A stretch of DNA of 64,000 nt, taken from the NCBI GenBank assembly GCA_947385775.1, contig CANDMI010000011.1, positions 504 to 64,503 of the forward strand, given 5' to 3'. Below, piece after piece: positions 26,255 through 36,400 of this stretch. How positions within the stretch are numbered: position 1 is the stretch's first letter; each line of letters starts with the position of its first letter. The position numbers and the translations under genes were made by a program. Under the pieces are notes generated by a model. The model had not been told where the DNA came from and ran no database searches. It was given only the letters and a program-made list of their open reading frames with translations. The stretch is from an uncultured Eubacterium sp. (lineage in GTDB: Bacteria; Bacillota; Clostridia; Lachnospirales; Lachnospiraceae).

Positions 26255-27742
26255 CTATCTGTCCAAAAATCTCATTACTTCCTCTGGCATTTTTTCCACC
26301 TCACAAACCGTATCGTGAAGCGTCGGCGCCGTACGGATCGACTCGATCGCCTGTGGGATTTTCACGCCCGAGATCCGGCTTAATTCATCCGCCAGCTCAA
26401 AATCCGGCTTGTCAGCGGACTTTGGCGCGATCGCATCCATAACGCTCCTTGTAAACTTAAATGGACTGGCCGTAGACACGATGACCGTTTTCGTATCGTC
26501 TTTCGTCCTCTTCTTATACTTTTGATAAACGCTCGCCGCCACAGCCGTATGCGTATCAAATACGTAATTATATTTCTCGTAATAATCCCGTATCGCCTGC
26601 GCCGTCTCCTGCTCGCTTGCATAACCGCCGCAAAAATCCGCCAGCTCTTTTTTCATATCCGACGTGATCTCATATGCCCCATCCTTAGAAAGCCGCTTCA
26701 TAAGCTCCGCGTTCTTTTTCGCGTCGTTTCCCGAAATATGGTAGATCAGCCGCTCTAAGTTGCTGGAGATCAAAATATCCATTGACGGGGATGAAGTCAA
26801 GATAAATTCGCGGTTTTTATCATATCTGCCCGTCTCAAAGAAATCATATAACACTTTATTTTCATTGGAAGCGCAGATCAGCTTATGAACCGGCACGCCC
26901 ATCCTTTTGGCATAATACGCCGCCAAAATATTTCCAAAATTCCCGGTAGGCACGACAAAGTTGATCTCCTCTCCTTCCAAAATCGCCCCCTGCGCCAGAA
27001 GCCTTGTATACGCGTACACATAATATACGATCTGCGGAACCAGACGGCCGATATTGATGGAATTTGCGGAAGAAAACTGATAGCCCTTCCCGTCCAGCTC
27101 TTTTTCCAGCTCCTTGTCCGCAAACATCCGCTTCACGCCGGTCTGCGCCTGGTCAAAATTCCCATGAATCCCTACGACATGCGTATTCGCTCCCTTTTGG
27201 GTCACCATCTGCTTTTCCTGGATCGGGCTTACGCCATTTTTCGGATAAAACACGACGATCTTTGTGCCCTTAACGTCCGCAAATCCAGACAACGCGGCCT
27301 TTCCCGTATCGCCGGAGGTCGCCGTTAAAATGACGATCTCGTTTTTCACCTGGTTTTTCTTTGCGGCTGTGATCAGTAAATGCGGCAGGATCGAAAGCGC
27401 CATATCCTTAAACGCGATCGTCGCGCCATGAAACAGCTCTAAAAACCACTCCTCTCCCGGCTTTGTCAAACGGGCGATCTCTTGACAGTCAAATTTTTCA
27501 TCGTAAGCCGCCTGGATGCAGCCCTCCAGCTCCTCTTTTGTAAAATCGGTAAAGAACAGCTTCATTACCTCATACGCCGTCCGCTGGTATGACATTTTTG
27601 CAATATCTGCAAGACTGACATCCAGCTTTGGAATGCGCTCCGGCACAAACAATCCGCCGTCGTCCGCCAACCCCTTTAAAACTGCCTGTGACGCGCTGAC
27701 CTTAACGCCCGCGTCCCGGGTGCTTAGATACATCAATTCCAT
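26255..27742 (-). CDS. thrC: Threonine synthase
   Basis: GLADDGGLFVP, ELFHGATIAFKDMAL (PLP Lys), ATSGDTG, SANSINIGR, VPTGNFGN, DTHTAVA. Confidence 0.97.
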   Translation of the reverse strand: MELMYLSTRDAGVKVSASQAVLKGLADDGGLFVPERIPKLDVSLADIAKMSYQRTAYEVMKLFFTDFTKEELEGCIQAAYDEKFDCQEIARLTKPGEEWFLELFHGATIAFKDMALSILPHLLITAAKKNQVKNEIVILTATSGDTGKAALSGFADVKGTKIVVFYPKNGVSPIQEKQMVTQKGANTHVVGIHGNFDQAQTGVKRMFADKELEKELDGKGYQFSSANSINIGRLVPQIVYYVYAYTRLLAQGAILEGEEINFVVPTGNFGNILAAYYAKRMGVPVHKLICASNENKVLYDFFETGRYDKNREFILTSSPSMDILISSNLERLIYHISGNDAKKNAELMKRLSKDGAYEITSDMKKELADFCGGYASEQETAQAIRDYYEKYNYVFDTHTAVAASVYQKYKKRTKDDTKTVIVSTASPFKFTRSVMDAIAPKSADKPDFELADELSRISGVKIPQAIESIRTAPTLHDTVCEVEKMPEEVMRFLDR

Positions 27743-27893
27743 AATTTTATCCTCTCTCATTTCCATTGCTTATCATTTTCAAAACCTGTTTATTCCGGGC
27801 GCGATTCTTTTCAAAATGACTTGCCCAACCAAAGCCGCGGCCTTCCATCAAAAAACATGCAAGCCATCTCACTCCCGGATATACACAATACTT

Positions 27894-27943
27894 ATTATAA
27901 ACAAGATTCAGATTTTGACAAGCCTTATCTTTCATATTATAAT
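27894..27943. promoter_or_regulatory. Back-to-back sigma-A promoters with overlapping -35 boxes
   Basis: Plus: TTGACA (27915-20)-17-TATAAT (27938-43), full consensus; minus: TTGTCA (27916-21)-16-TATAAT (27894-99). Confidence 0.8.
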
Positions 27944-27966
27944 AGGAAAAAAGAAAGGAGTCCGAT

Positions 27967-28812
27967 ATGTTGCCAGGAGTGTTCCGCGCCCAAAAAAAGA
28001 ACGGACAAGTATACTTCCGTTCCAATATCACCTGCCACAGCAAGCACATCAGCCTCGGCAGCTTTTCCTTAGAAACCGACGCGCACCGCGCCTATCTGGA
28101 AGCGGGCAGGCTGCTGCGGGATCGGGAAATCACGCTGGATAACGTATCTTTTTCCGACTACATCTTAAATTTCGAAAAAATCATCACGCTGCTAAACTAC
28201 CGTGACAACCATATTTACATCAAAAACCCGATTTATCTGTTCCGCACATATTTTCACTACTATTTAACGCCAAACGAAATTTACAAATTCGACATTGACG
28301 ATTTATTTTATTTTTCCGGGCATAAGCTGCTGCGGCGCGGCGGACATCTGTACGTGAACGATTACGGAATGCAGGTAACGGTGCTCTCCCGCTACGGCAT
28401 CCGAAGCTTCGCCGTAAAAGACAAGGACTACCGCTTTGCCAACCAGGACCCTTACGACCTGCGCTATGAAAACATTATCAACATCAACCCCTTCCATGGC
28501 GTAAGATGCTGCAACAAAAATGGCCACATCACCTACCAGGCATATATCCATATCAACGGGAATTATCAGATCGGAACCTACAAAACGCTAAACGAAGCCG
28601 CGATCGCCTACAATAAGGCCGCGGATTTTGCGCATGAGCATGGCGTGAAAAAAAATTTTCAGACAAATTACATTGTGGAGCTGTCCGCGCGGGAGTACGC
28701 GCAGGCTTATGTGGAGGTGGCGATCTCGCAAAGGTATAAAAAGTATGTTTTGCAGGAGGGATGGACTGTTACGATTCCGAAAAACAATAAACGAAAGGAA
28801 AAACCAAAATGA
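27967..28812 (+). CDS. Conserved hypothetical protein with two AP2-like DNA-binding segments and a degenerate HNH-like middle
   Basis: GVFR...RSNI...ISLGSF...AHRAY and FHGVR...QAYI...IGTYKTLNEAAIAYNKAA; AAAGGAG RBS. Confidence 0.7.
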   Translation: MLPGVFRAQKKNGQVYFRSNITCHSKHISLGSFSLETDAHRAYLEAGRLLRDREITLDNVSFSDYILNFEKIITLLNYRDNHIYIKNPIYLFRTYFHYYLTPNEIYKFDIDDLFYFSGHKLLRRGGHLYVNDYGMQVTVLSRYGIRSFAVKDKDYRFANQDPYDLRYENIININPFHGVRCCNKNGHITYQAYIHINGNYQIGTYKTLNEAAIAYNKAADFAHEHGVKKNFQTNYIVELSAREYAQAYVEVAISQRYKKYVLQEGWTVTIPKNNKRKEKPK

Positions 28813-29369
28813 ACGATATCCTAAAATTTAACAACAGGGAAGAATTTCGAAGCTGGCTTTCTGATCATTATCACTCGACCGAAAGCGTTTGGCTTTTGTT
28901 TGGCAAGGCAGGCGGCCCAAAAACGATAAAAGCGGGGGAAGCGCTTGAAGAAGCGCTCTGCTTTGGATGGATTGACGGGCAAATGCAGCGCATAGACGAA
29001 AAAACATATAAAAAATATTTTTCCATGCGCAGGGAAAACAGCAAGTGGTCAGAAAAAAACAAAGCGTTAGCTATGGATCTGGAAAAACAGGGAAGGATGA
29101 CGGATTTTGGCAAAAAGAAAATAGAAGACGCAAAAAGAAACGGACAATGGAACGCGAAAGGCCCTATGGCGATCACAAGCGAGCATATTGACAGCTTGTC
29201 CGCTCTTTTGGAAGGATACGAGCCAGCCTGCGCAAATTTTAAGGCTATGCCCTTATCGGTAAAAAAGACCTACACAAGGGCATATTTGGATGCCAAAACG
29301 CAAGCAGGACGGGAAAAACGGCTTGCATGGATGGTAGACCGGCTGAACCAGAATTTAAAGCCAATGTAA
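28809..29369 (+). CDS. YdeI/OmpD-associated family protein
   Basis: EFRSWL, EALEEALCFGWID, RRENSKWSEKNK, AKTQAGREKR. Confidence 0.9.
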   Translation: MNDILKFNNREEFRSWLSDHYHSTESVWLLFGKAGGPKTIKAGEALEEALCFGWIDGQMQRIDEKTYKKYFSMRRENSKWSEKNKALAMDLEKQGRMTDFGKKKIEDAKRNGQWNAKGPMAITSEHIDSLSALLEGYEPACANFKAMPLSVKKTYTRAYLDAKTQAGREKRLAWMVDRLNQNLKPM

Positions 29370-29386
29370 AAAACAAAGCCGCTATT

Positions 29387-30607
29387 TTATTTCAAAAACC
29401 GCAAAGAAAGCAATCCGATCAGGAATATAACCCCGCCTGTTGGAAGCAGCGCGAACGAAACATCCGACCGGAAACGGTCAAACAAAATGCCATAGGCCAT
29501 CTGTCCAGCCGGCTGCGCGCACATGGTGATCGCAGATGTATAAGCCATTACCTTTCCGATCATATGGTCAGGCGTATTTTGCTGAATGATGGAGACTGCA
29601 AAAATAGAAAATACGCTGATCGCCGCCTGCATCCCGCAAAAAGAAATCACCAACGCCGCATATCTTGCCATCGCACCGGCTGGAACCAGAAAAAACAGGC
29701 CCGCCTGGATGATGCAGGCTCCGATCAGACAAAGCGGGATATCCAGCCTGTCACTCTTAAGCTTGCCCGCAAGCGCTCCTGCGGCAGCGCTTCCAAATAT
29801 CGTTGCAACCGCAAGCGCGCTTTCCGCCCCGCCATAAAATTTCGCATCCAATCCAAGAACCTCCCTTACCAAAAACGGAAGCCCCACAAGCGTAACTCCC
29901 ATGACAAAAAACCGGGCCAGCGCCGCCAAAAGCAAAATTTTCATAATATCCGTCCGCTCCCTGAAAAGAAACCGGACGCTGCTAAAAAAATCATCCTTTA
30001 TGATCGTAAAAACATTCCCATGGCTCATCCTGTCGTTTTGATTTAATATGATCCGGCATTCCAACAACGCCGTAGCAAAAAAACAGGCGACGCTTGCATA
30101 CATCACAGGCTTTATGCCAACCGCCGCATAAAAAACGCCTCCAAGCATTGGCGCGATCAGATAAGAGATGGAAGCCACCTGGTTTACCGCCGCGTTTCCC
30201 CTTGTAATGTTATCCCCGGAAAGCATCTGCGGGATGCAGGCATGCACGGTAGGAGTCTCAAACGCGCCGAGGACTGACAGCGCCACAAGCAAAACGTAGG
30301 TTATGGCGATCGCATTTTCCCTATCCCAAAAAACCGCCGCGCATAAAACAAACATTCCAGAAAGCGCGTCCAACGCCACCATGACATTTCTCCTGTCCGC
30401 CCGGTCAGCCAAAATCCCCCCAAGCGGCGAAAGCAGGATCGAAGGAACAACCGCCATCGACAATATGCCCGCAAACACCGCCGCCGAGCCAGATATCTCC
30501 AGCACATACATAGACAGCGCAAGTCTTAAAATATAATTTCCAAACAAAGAGCTTGCCTGCCCCAGCACAAGGAACGTAAAATTTTTTGTAAATAACTTCT
30601 GACCCAT
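29387..30607 (-). CDS. MFS transporter (macrolide-efflux/DHA3-like)
   Basis: LGQASSLFG, GGILADRADRR motif A, ~12 TM helices, GKVMA. Confidence 0.9.
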   Translation of the reverse strand: MGQKLFTKNFTFLVLGQASSLFGNYILRLALSMYVLEISGSAAVFAGILSMAVVPSILLSPLGGILADRADRRNVMVALDALSGMFVLCAAVFWDRENAIAITYVLLVALSVLGAFETPTVHACIPQMLSGDNITRGNAAVNQVASISYLIAPMLGGVFYAAVGIKPVMYASVACFFATALLECRIILNQNDRMSHGNVFTIIKDDFFSSVRFLFRERTDIMKILLLAALARFFVMGVTLVGLPFLVREVLGLDAKFYGGAESALAVATIFGSAAAGALAGKLKSDRLDIPLCLIGACIIQAGLFFLVPAGAMARYAALVISFCGMQAAISVFSIFAVSIIQQNTPDHMIGKVMAYTSAITMCAQPAGQMAYGILFDRFRSDVSFALLPTGGVIFLIGLLSLRFLK

Positions 30608-30610
30608 ACA

Positions 30611-31270
30611 TTATCCCCCCTCTTTTTCCTTTTCTCCTCCCAAAATCCGTTCCGCCCTTTCATACATCCCCTCTTCTATGATCGGAAGCCCCATCATCGA
30701 TAAGACGTTGGCAATAAACTGGCATTTATGCTGTATTTCCTGGGCGCTTGCCGGAAATATGGATGGCATCAGCCAAAAATTCACTAACGCCAATAGCTCT
30801 GACAGTTCCTTTGCATATTCCGTCTGGATCGAACCGTCAAGGCGCCCTTCCTCGATCAATTCATACCACAAGGGCGTTAACACCCTGCGGTTTGCTTCCA
30901 CCGCAGCCATGCGGATACGCGCATCCTTTAAAATGGAAACTGCCGAAACGCTGATCTTTTCCCGTTCCCGATCCGCCTGGTCCATGGCAAGCGCCGCCCG
31001 GATCTTTTCCAGTCCATTTAAGTCGTCACGCCCTTTTACCGCTTCAAACGGATTGTTTTCCAAAAACATCCGGTCCCCAAGCGCATGCAAAACCTCTTCC
31101 TTGCTCTGAAAAAAACGGTAAAACATCCCCTTTGCCCCGCCTGCAAGCTTCATAATGTCTGAAATGGCGGTCTGCTCATAGCCTTTGGTTAAAAATAATT
31201 CCTTTGCCGCGTCCAATATCTCTTTTTCCCATTGCTCCGGCGTCTTTTTCACTGGCCTTGCCAACGTCAT
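30611..31270 (-). CDS. TetR/AcrR family regulator
   Basis: ILDAAKELFLTKGYEQTAISDIMKLAGGAKGMFYRFFQSKEE HTH. Confidence 0.93.
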   Translation of the reverse strand: MTLARPVKKTPEQWEKEILDAAKELFLTKGYEQTAISDIMKLAGGAKGMFYRFFQSKEEVLHALGDRMFLENNPFEAVKGRDDLNGLEKIRAALAMDQADREREKISVSAVSILKDARIRMAAVEANRRVLTPLWYELIEEGRLDGSIQTEYAKELSELLALVNFWLMPSIFPASAQEIQHKCQFIANVLSMMGLPIIEEGMYERAERILGGEKEKEGG

Positions 31271-31479
31271 TCCCTCCCTGGATAGTTTTTGACTCTCGGT
31301 CAATAATTATTATATAAAAACTGGCATCCTATGTCAACCGCTTTTTGCAGTAAGATGTGACAAAAAAGCTTTCCACCAAAAAACTTTCCGTCAAGAAACT
31401 AGACATTCCTCTTATAAAAATCCAGATGATATCCAAATCACTACGCTTGAGGATATTATTTATATGGGCATGAAAAATG

Positions 31480-31922
31480 GCTCTTAGAGTCATGCCGTCC
31501 CCTTGCCGAATATACATGGCTTGTGGAAAAGATACGCGTATACGGAGAAAAGATGGACATTGAAGACGCCGTAAGCCGCACCCTGGATGAAATGCCACAG
31601 GATTTTTTGACCTACCCTTATATGCTTGGAAATAAAGCGGAGGTGAAAAATATGTGTATTACAGAATATAACGAAGCAGAAACCATGGAGCTGATGAAAA
31701 AAGCCGCCATTGCAGAAGGATTAGCCCAGGGCAGGCATAGCAGAAGGCATGGCTAAGGGCGAAGACCAGCTTGGCAGTCTGATACAGCAGCTGCTTTCCA
31801 AAGGCTTAACGGCAGACATCCAAAAAGCCGTCTCGGACAAAAACGCCCGCGAAGAGCTGTATTTAAAATATGGCATCAAAAATAAAGATACAGGCGACGT
31901 CCCTTTAGACGCACCAATATAA
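31480..31922 (+). pseudogene. C-terminal remnant of an Rpn-like PD-(D/E)XK gene, frameshifted by a GGCA duplication (31730-31737)
   Basis: ESCRPLAEYTWLVEKIR...AEVKNMCITEYNE...AEGLAQG / IAEGMAKGEDQLGSLIQQLL...KYGIK; removing 4 nt restores one frame. Confidence 0.75.
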
Positions 31923-31929
31923 AATGATC

Positions 31930-31973
31930 TCAAGCCAACCGTTCAAATCGCATTGCAAGAACGGTTGGCTTGA
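31930..31973. terminator. Terminator hairpin between convergent units (after gltD)
   Basis: 15-bp stem TCAAGCCAACCGTTC / GAACGGTTGGCTTGA. Confidence 0.75.
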
Positions 31974-31977
31974 AATT

Positions 31978-33471
31978 TTACTGCACTGTCATATACGTAT
32001 ACCCCATCAGGCTGTAATCCACCTCCGTCGCCACCTCGCGGCCTTCCCGGATCGCCCATACCACCAGCGACTGTCCCCTTCGCATATCCCCGCAGGCAAA
32101 CACCCGCTCTGCGCTGGTCTGATACTTTCCTTCCCGTGTCTTTACATTCGTGCGCTGGTTTAACGCGACGCCAAAAGCGTCCGCCGTATATTTTTCACTT
32201 CCAAGGAAGCCTGCCGCGATCAACACCAGATCCGCCGGAAGCTTTTTCTCGCTGCCTGCCACCTCCGTGGGCGCCACTCTGCCCGTTTTTTCATCCTTCT
32301 TATTTTCCAGCTTCACCGTCACAATGCCGTTTAAATTGCCGTTTTTGTCTTTTAAAAATTCCTTGACCGTGGTCTGGTAAACGCGCGGGTCGTGGCCGAA
32401 TAAGGCGATGGCTTCTTCCTGGCCGTAGTCCGTCTTGCAGACCTTCGGCCATTCCGGCCATGGGTTATCGTATGCGCGCTCGTCCGGCGCTTTTGGCATC
32501 ATCTCAAGCTGCGTGACAGAAGCGGCGCCTAAGCGGATGCTTGTGCCGACGCAGTCGTTTCCGGTATCGCCGCCGCCGATGATCACCACATGCTTTCCTT
32601 TTGGAGAAGCGAATTTTTTATCTTTTAAATCCGAATCTAACAGGCTTTTCGTTACACTGCTTAGATAATCCACCGCAAAATAAATCCCCTTTGCGTCCCG
32701 CCCCGGCGCGTTAATGTCCCTTGGGTTTTTGGCGCCGCAGGCTAAAATGACGCGGTCGTATTCCTTTAACAGCTTTACCGCTTTTATATCCCTGCCCACA
32801 TTGGCATTGGTCACAAATTCCACGCCTTCTTCCTTCATCACCGCGATTTTACGGTCAATAACGGACTTTTCCAGCTTCATGTTCGGGATGCCGTACATTA
32901 AAAGGCCGCCAATGCGGTCGTCCCGCTCAAAAACCGTGACATAATGCCCCCTCTTATTTAGCTGGTCTGCCGCCGCAAGCCCGGCCGGGCCGGAGCCTAC
33001 GACTGCGACGCGCTTTCCGGTGCGCACCTTTGGCGGGCGGGCTTTGGCATAGCCCTTTTCATAGGCGCGCTCGATGATCCCATGCTCGTTTTCCTTTGTC
33101 GTAACCGCATCGCCGTAATGCCCGCAGGTACATGCCGCCTCGCATAACGCCGGGCAGACTCTGGACGTAAACTCCGGGAAATTGTTCGTCTTTTTCAGCC
33201 GGTGGTAAGCCTGCCCCCAGTTGCCGGAATATACTAAATCGTTCCATTCCGGGATTAAATTGTGCAGCGGGCACCCGCTTGCCATGCCTTCGATCATCAT
33301 ACCCGCCTGGCAGAACGGGACGCCGCAGTCCATGCACCTTGCGCCCTGCCTTTGCTGCTCTTCCACAGAAAGCGGTGTGTGAAACTCATGGAAATGCTTG
33401 ATCCGCTCCTTTGGGTCAGCCGCGGCGCTGGTCTGCCTTTCATAATCCATAAATCCTGTTGGTTTTCCCAT
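31978..33471 (-). CDS. gltD: Glutamate synthase small subunit
   Basis: RCMDCGVPFC, SRVCPALCE, VVGSGPAGL, IGGGDTGNDC, GDMRRGQSLVVWAI. Confidence 0.97.
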   Translation of the reverse strand: MGKPTGFMDYERQTSAAADPKERIKHFHEFHTPLSVEEQQRQGARCMDCGVPFCQAGMMIEGMASGCPLHNLIPEWNDLVYSGNWGQAYHRLKKTNNFPEFTSRVCPALCEAACTCGHYGDAVTTKENEHGIIERAYEKGYAKARPPKVRTGKRVAVVGSGPAGLAAADQLNKRGHYVTVFERDDRIGGLLMYGIPNMKLEKSVIDRKIAVMKEEGVEFVTNANVGRDIKAVKLLKEYDRVILACGAKNPRDINAPGRDAKGIYFAVDYLSSVTKSLLDSDLKDKKFASPKGKHVVIIGGGDTGNDCVGTSIRLGAASVTQLEMMPKAPDERAYDNPWPEWPKVCKTDYGQEEAIALFGHDPRVYQTTVKEFLKDKNGNLNGIVTVKLENKKDEKTGRVAPTEVAGSEKKLPADLVLIAAGFLGSEKYTADAFGVALNQRTNVKTREGKYQTSAERVFACGDMRRGQSLVVWAIREGREVATEVDYSLMGYTYMTVQ

Positions 33472-33483
33472 TTTGTCTCCCTC

Positions 33484-36400
33484 CTATCTTCCTGCGTTTG
33501 CGTAAAATGCTTCAATCTGGGCCTGCTCTGCGTTTAAGCCCTTTTCTTCCATCTGTACGATTGCCATCAGCATCCGTTTGTAGTCATGCGGCACGATCTT
33601 TTTAAACTTCGGCAGGTATTCGCTGAAATGATCCAGTATACGTTTGCCCTTTTCCGAATTGGTCAATTTTACATGCTCTTCGATCATTTCCTTTAATTCC
33701 AGCACGTCGTATTTTGAAGTAATCTCCTCTGAGGAAACCATGCCTTTATTTAACCTTGTATACAAATCGTTGTCCTCATCCAACACATATGCGATGCCGC
33801 CGCTCATGCCCGCCGCAAAGTTTTTGCCTGTGCGCCCCAGGATCACGACGCGCCCGCCTGTCATATATTCGCAGCCATGGTCGCCTACGCCTTCCACCAC
33901 CGCGTTTGCGCCGGAATTGCGCACGCAGAAGCGTTCCCCGGCAGTCCCGCTGATAAAGGCTTTGCCGCTTGTGGCCCCGTATAGCGCCACGTTTCCGATA
34001 ATAATGTTTTCATCCTTTTTATAACGCACCCCGGCAGGAGCGTACACTACCAGCTTTCCGCCGGAAAGCCCTTTTCCAAAATAATCGTTGGAATCCCCCA
34101 CCAGCTCTAAGGTCAGCCCTTTTGGGATAAACGCGCCAAAGCTCTGGCCGCCTGCCCCTGTGCATTTTACAATATACGTATCTTCTTCTAAGCCCTGCGG
34201 GTATTTCCTCGTAATTTCAGAGCCAAAAATCGTGCCGAACGCCCGGTCTATATTCGAAACCTCCACGTCCATGCTCCTTTTTGCGCCGGTTGCAAGCGCG
34301 CTCTGAAGCTGCTTTAACAGCGCCTGCTCGTCCTTTGTCCGTTCCAGATGGAAATCGTACACCTTTTTCGGGTCGAAGATCACCTTTTCCTTGCTGTCCG
34401 CAAACGGGTTTTGTAAAATTTTAGATAAATCTATCTCTTTTTGGCGTTCGGAAAGGTCGGCGCGGACACGCAGCAGGTCGCTTCGGCCTACCAGCTCGTC
34501 AATGGTGCGGGCTCCGAGCTTTGCCATAATCTCGCGCAAATCCTGGGCGATAAACTTCATAAAGTTTACAACATATTCCGGCTTGCCCTCAAAACGCTTG
34601 CGCAGCTTCGGGTTTTGGGTCGCGATCCCCGCCGGGCAGGTGTCCAGGTTGCACACGCGCATCATAACGCATCCCATCGTTACAAGCGGCGCGGTCGCAA
34701 ACCCAAACTCCTCCGCCCCAAGCAGCGCGGCGATCGCCACATCCCGCCCGGTCATCAGCTTTCCGTCCGTCTCTATGCGCACCTTGTTGCGCAGCCCGTT
34801 TAAAATCAAGGTCTGATGCGTCTCCGACAGCCCAAGCTCCCACGGCAGCCCCGCGTTATGGATGGAGCTTCTAGGGGCCGCGCCCGTGCCGCCGTCATAG
34901 CCGGAGATCAGGATAACCTGCGCGCCCGCCTTTGCCACGCCCGCCGCAACTGTGCCTACTCCGGCCTCCGATACCAGCTTTACGGAAATGCGCGCCGCGC
35001 GGTTGGCGTTTTTCAGATCATAAATCAACTGCTCCAGATCCTCGATGGAATAAATGTCATGGTGCGGCGGTGGGGAAATCAAAGACACCCCAGGTGTGGA
35101 AAGCCTCGTCTTTGCAATCCAAGGATATACCTTGCCCCCCGGCAGATGCCCGCCTTCCCCGGGCTTTGCGCCCTGCGCCATTTTGATCTGGATTTCCTGC
35201 GCGCTTACAAGGTAACGGCTGGTCACGCCAAACCGCCCGGAAGCCACCTGCTTAATGGCCGAGCATTTATTTAACCCGTCCGGGCCCACCGTCAGCCGCT
35301 CAATGCTCTCGCCGCCTTCCCCGGTATTGGACTTGCCATGCAGCATGTTCATGGCAACCGCCAGCGTCTCATGGGCTTCCTGCGAAATCGAGCCATAGGA
35401 CATGGCGCCTGTTTTAAACCGGGTCACGATGGAATCCACGCTTTCCACCTCTTCGATCGGAACGCCCTTTTTCGGATACTGGAAGTCAAACATTCCGCGG
35501 ATGTAAGCGTCTTTTTCTTCGGCGTTTACCATTTCCGTATACTTTTTAAACAGCCCGTAATCCCCCATGCGCGTGGATTTTTGCAGCATATGGATGGTCG
35601 CTGGGTTATACAGGTGCTGCTCCGCGCCGCTTCGCATTTTGTGCCTGCCTTTGGAATCCAAGGATTCGTCCACCTCAAGCCCCAGCGGGTCGTAGGCCAG
35701 GGAATGCAGATGATCCACGTCATTTTCAATATCCTTTAACGTAATGCCCCCGATCCGGCTTACGGTATTTGTAAAATATTTATCGATCACCGACCGGTCG
35801 ATGCCGATGGCTTCAAAAATCTTTGAGCCCTGGTAAGACTGGATCGTGGAAATCCCCATTTTGGAAGCGATTTTTACAATCCCGGAAATCACCGCCTGAT
35901 TGTAGTCATTCACCGCCGCGTAATAATCCTTGTTCAGCATCCGAAGCTCCACAAGCTCTTTGATCGTCTCATGGGCAAGGTACGGGTTAATGGCGCTGGC
36001 TCCAAATCCAAGCAGCGTCGCAAAATGGTGCACCTCCCGCGGCTCGCCGGATTCTAAGATTAAAGACAAAGACGTCCGCTTCCTTGTGACCACCAGATGC
36101 TCATGCAATGCCGCAACCGCAAGCAGGGAAGGGATCGCCACATGGTTTTCATCCACGCCCCGGTCGGATAAGATCAGGATATTCGCCCCGTCCCGGTAAG
36201 CGCGGTCCGCCTCTAAAAACAGGCGGTCAACCGCTTTTTCCAGGCTCGTGTTTTTATAATAGGTAATGGACAGCTCCGCCACGCGGAACCCCTCTACCTT
36301 CATGGCGCGGATCTTCATTAAATCCGTATTCGTAAGGATCGGGTTATTGACCTTTAACACCTGGCAGTTTTCCGGCCGTTCTTCTAACAGGTTTCCGTCA

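Noticed and set aside
27743-27893. T-box or Thr attenuator for thrC
   Set aside because: No T-box consensus, Thr-rich leader peptide or terminator recognised.
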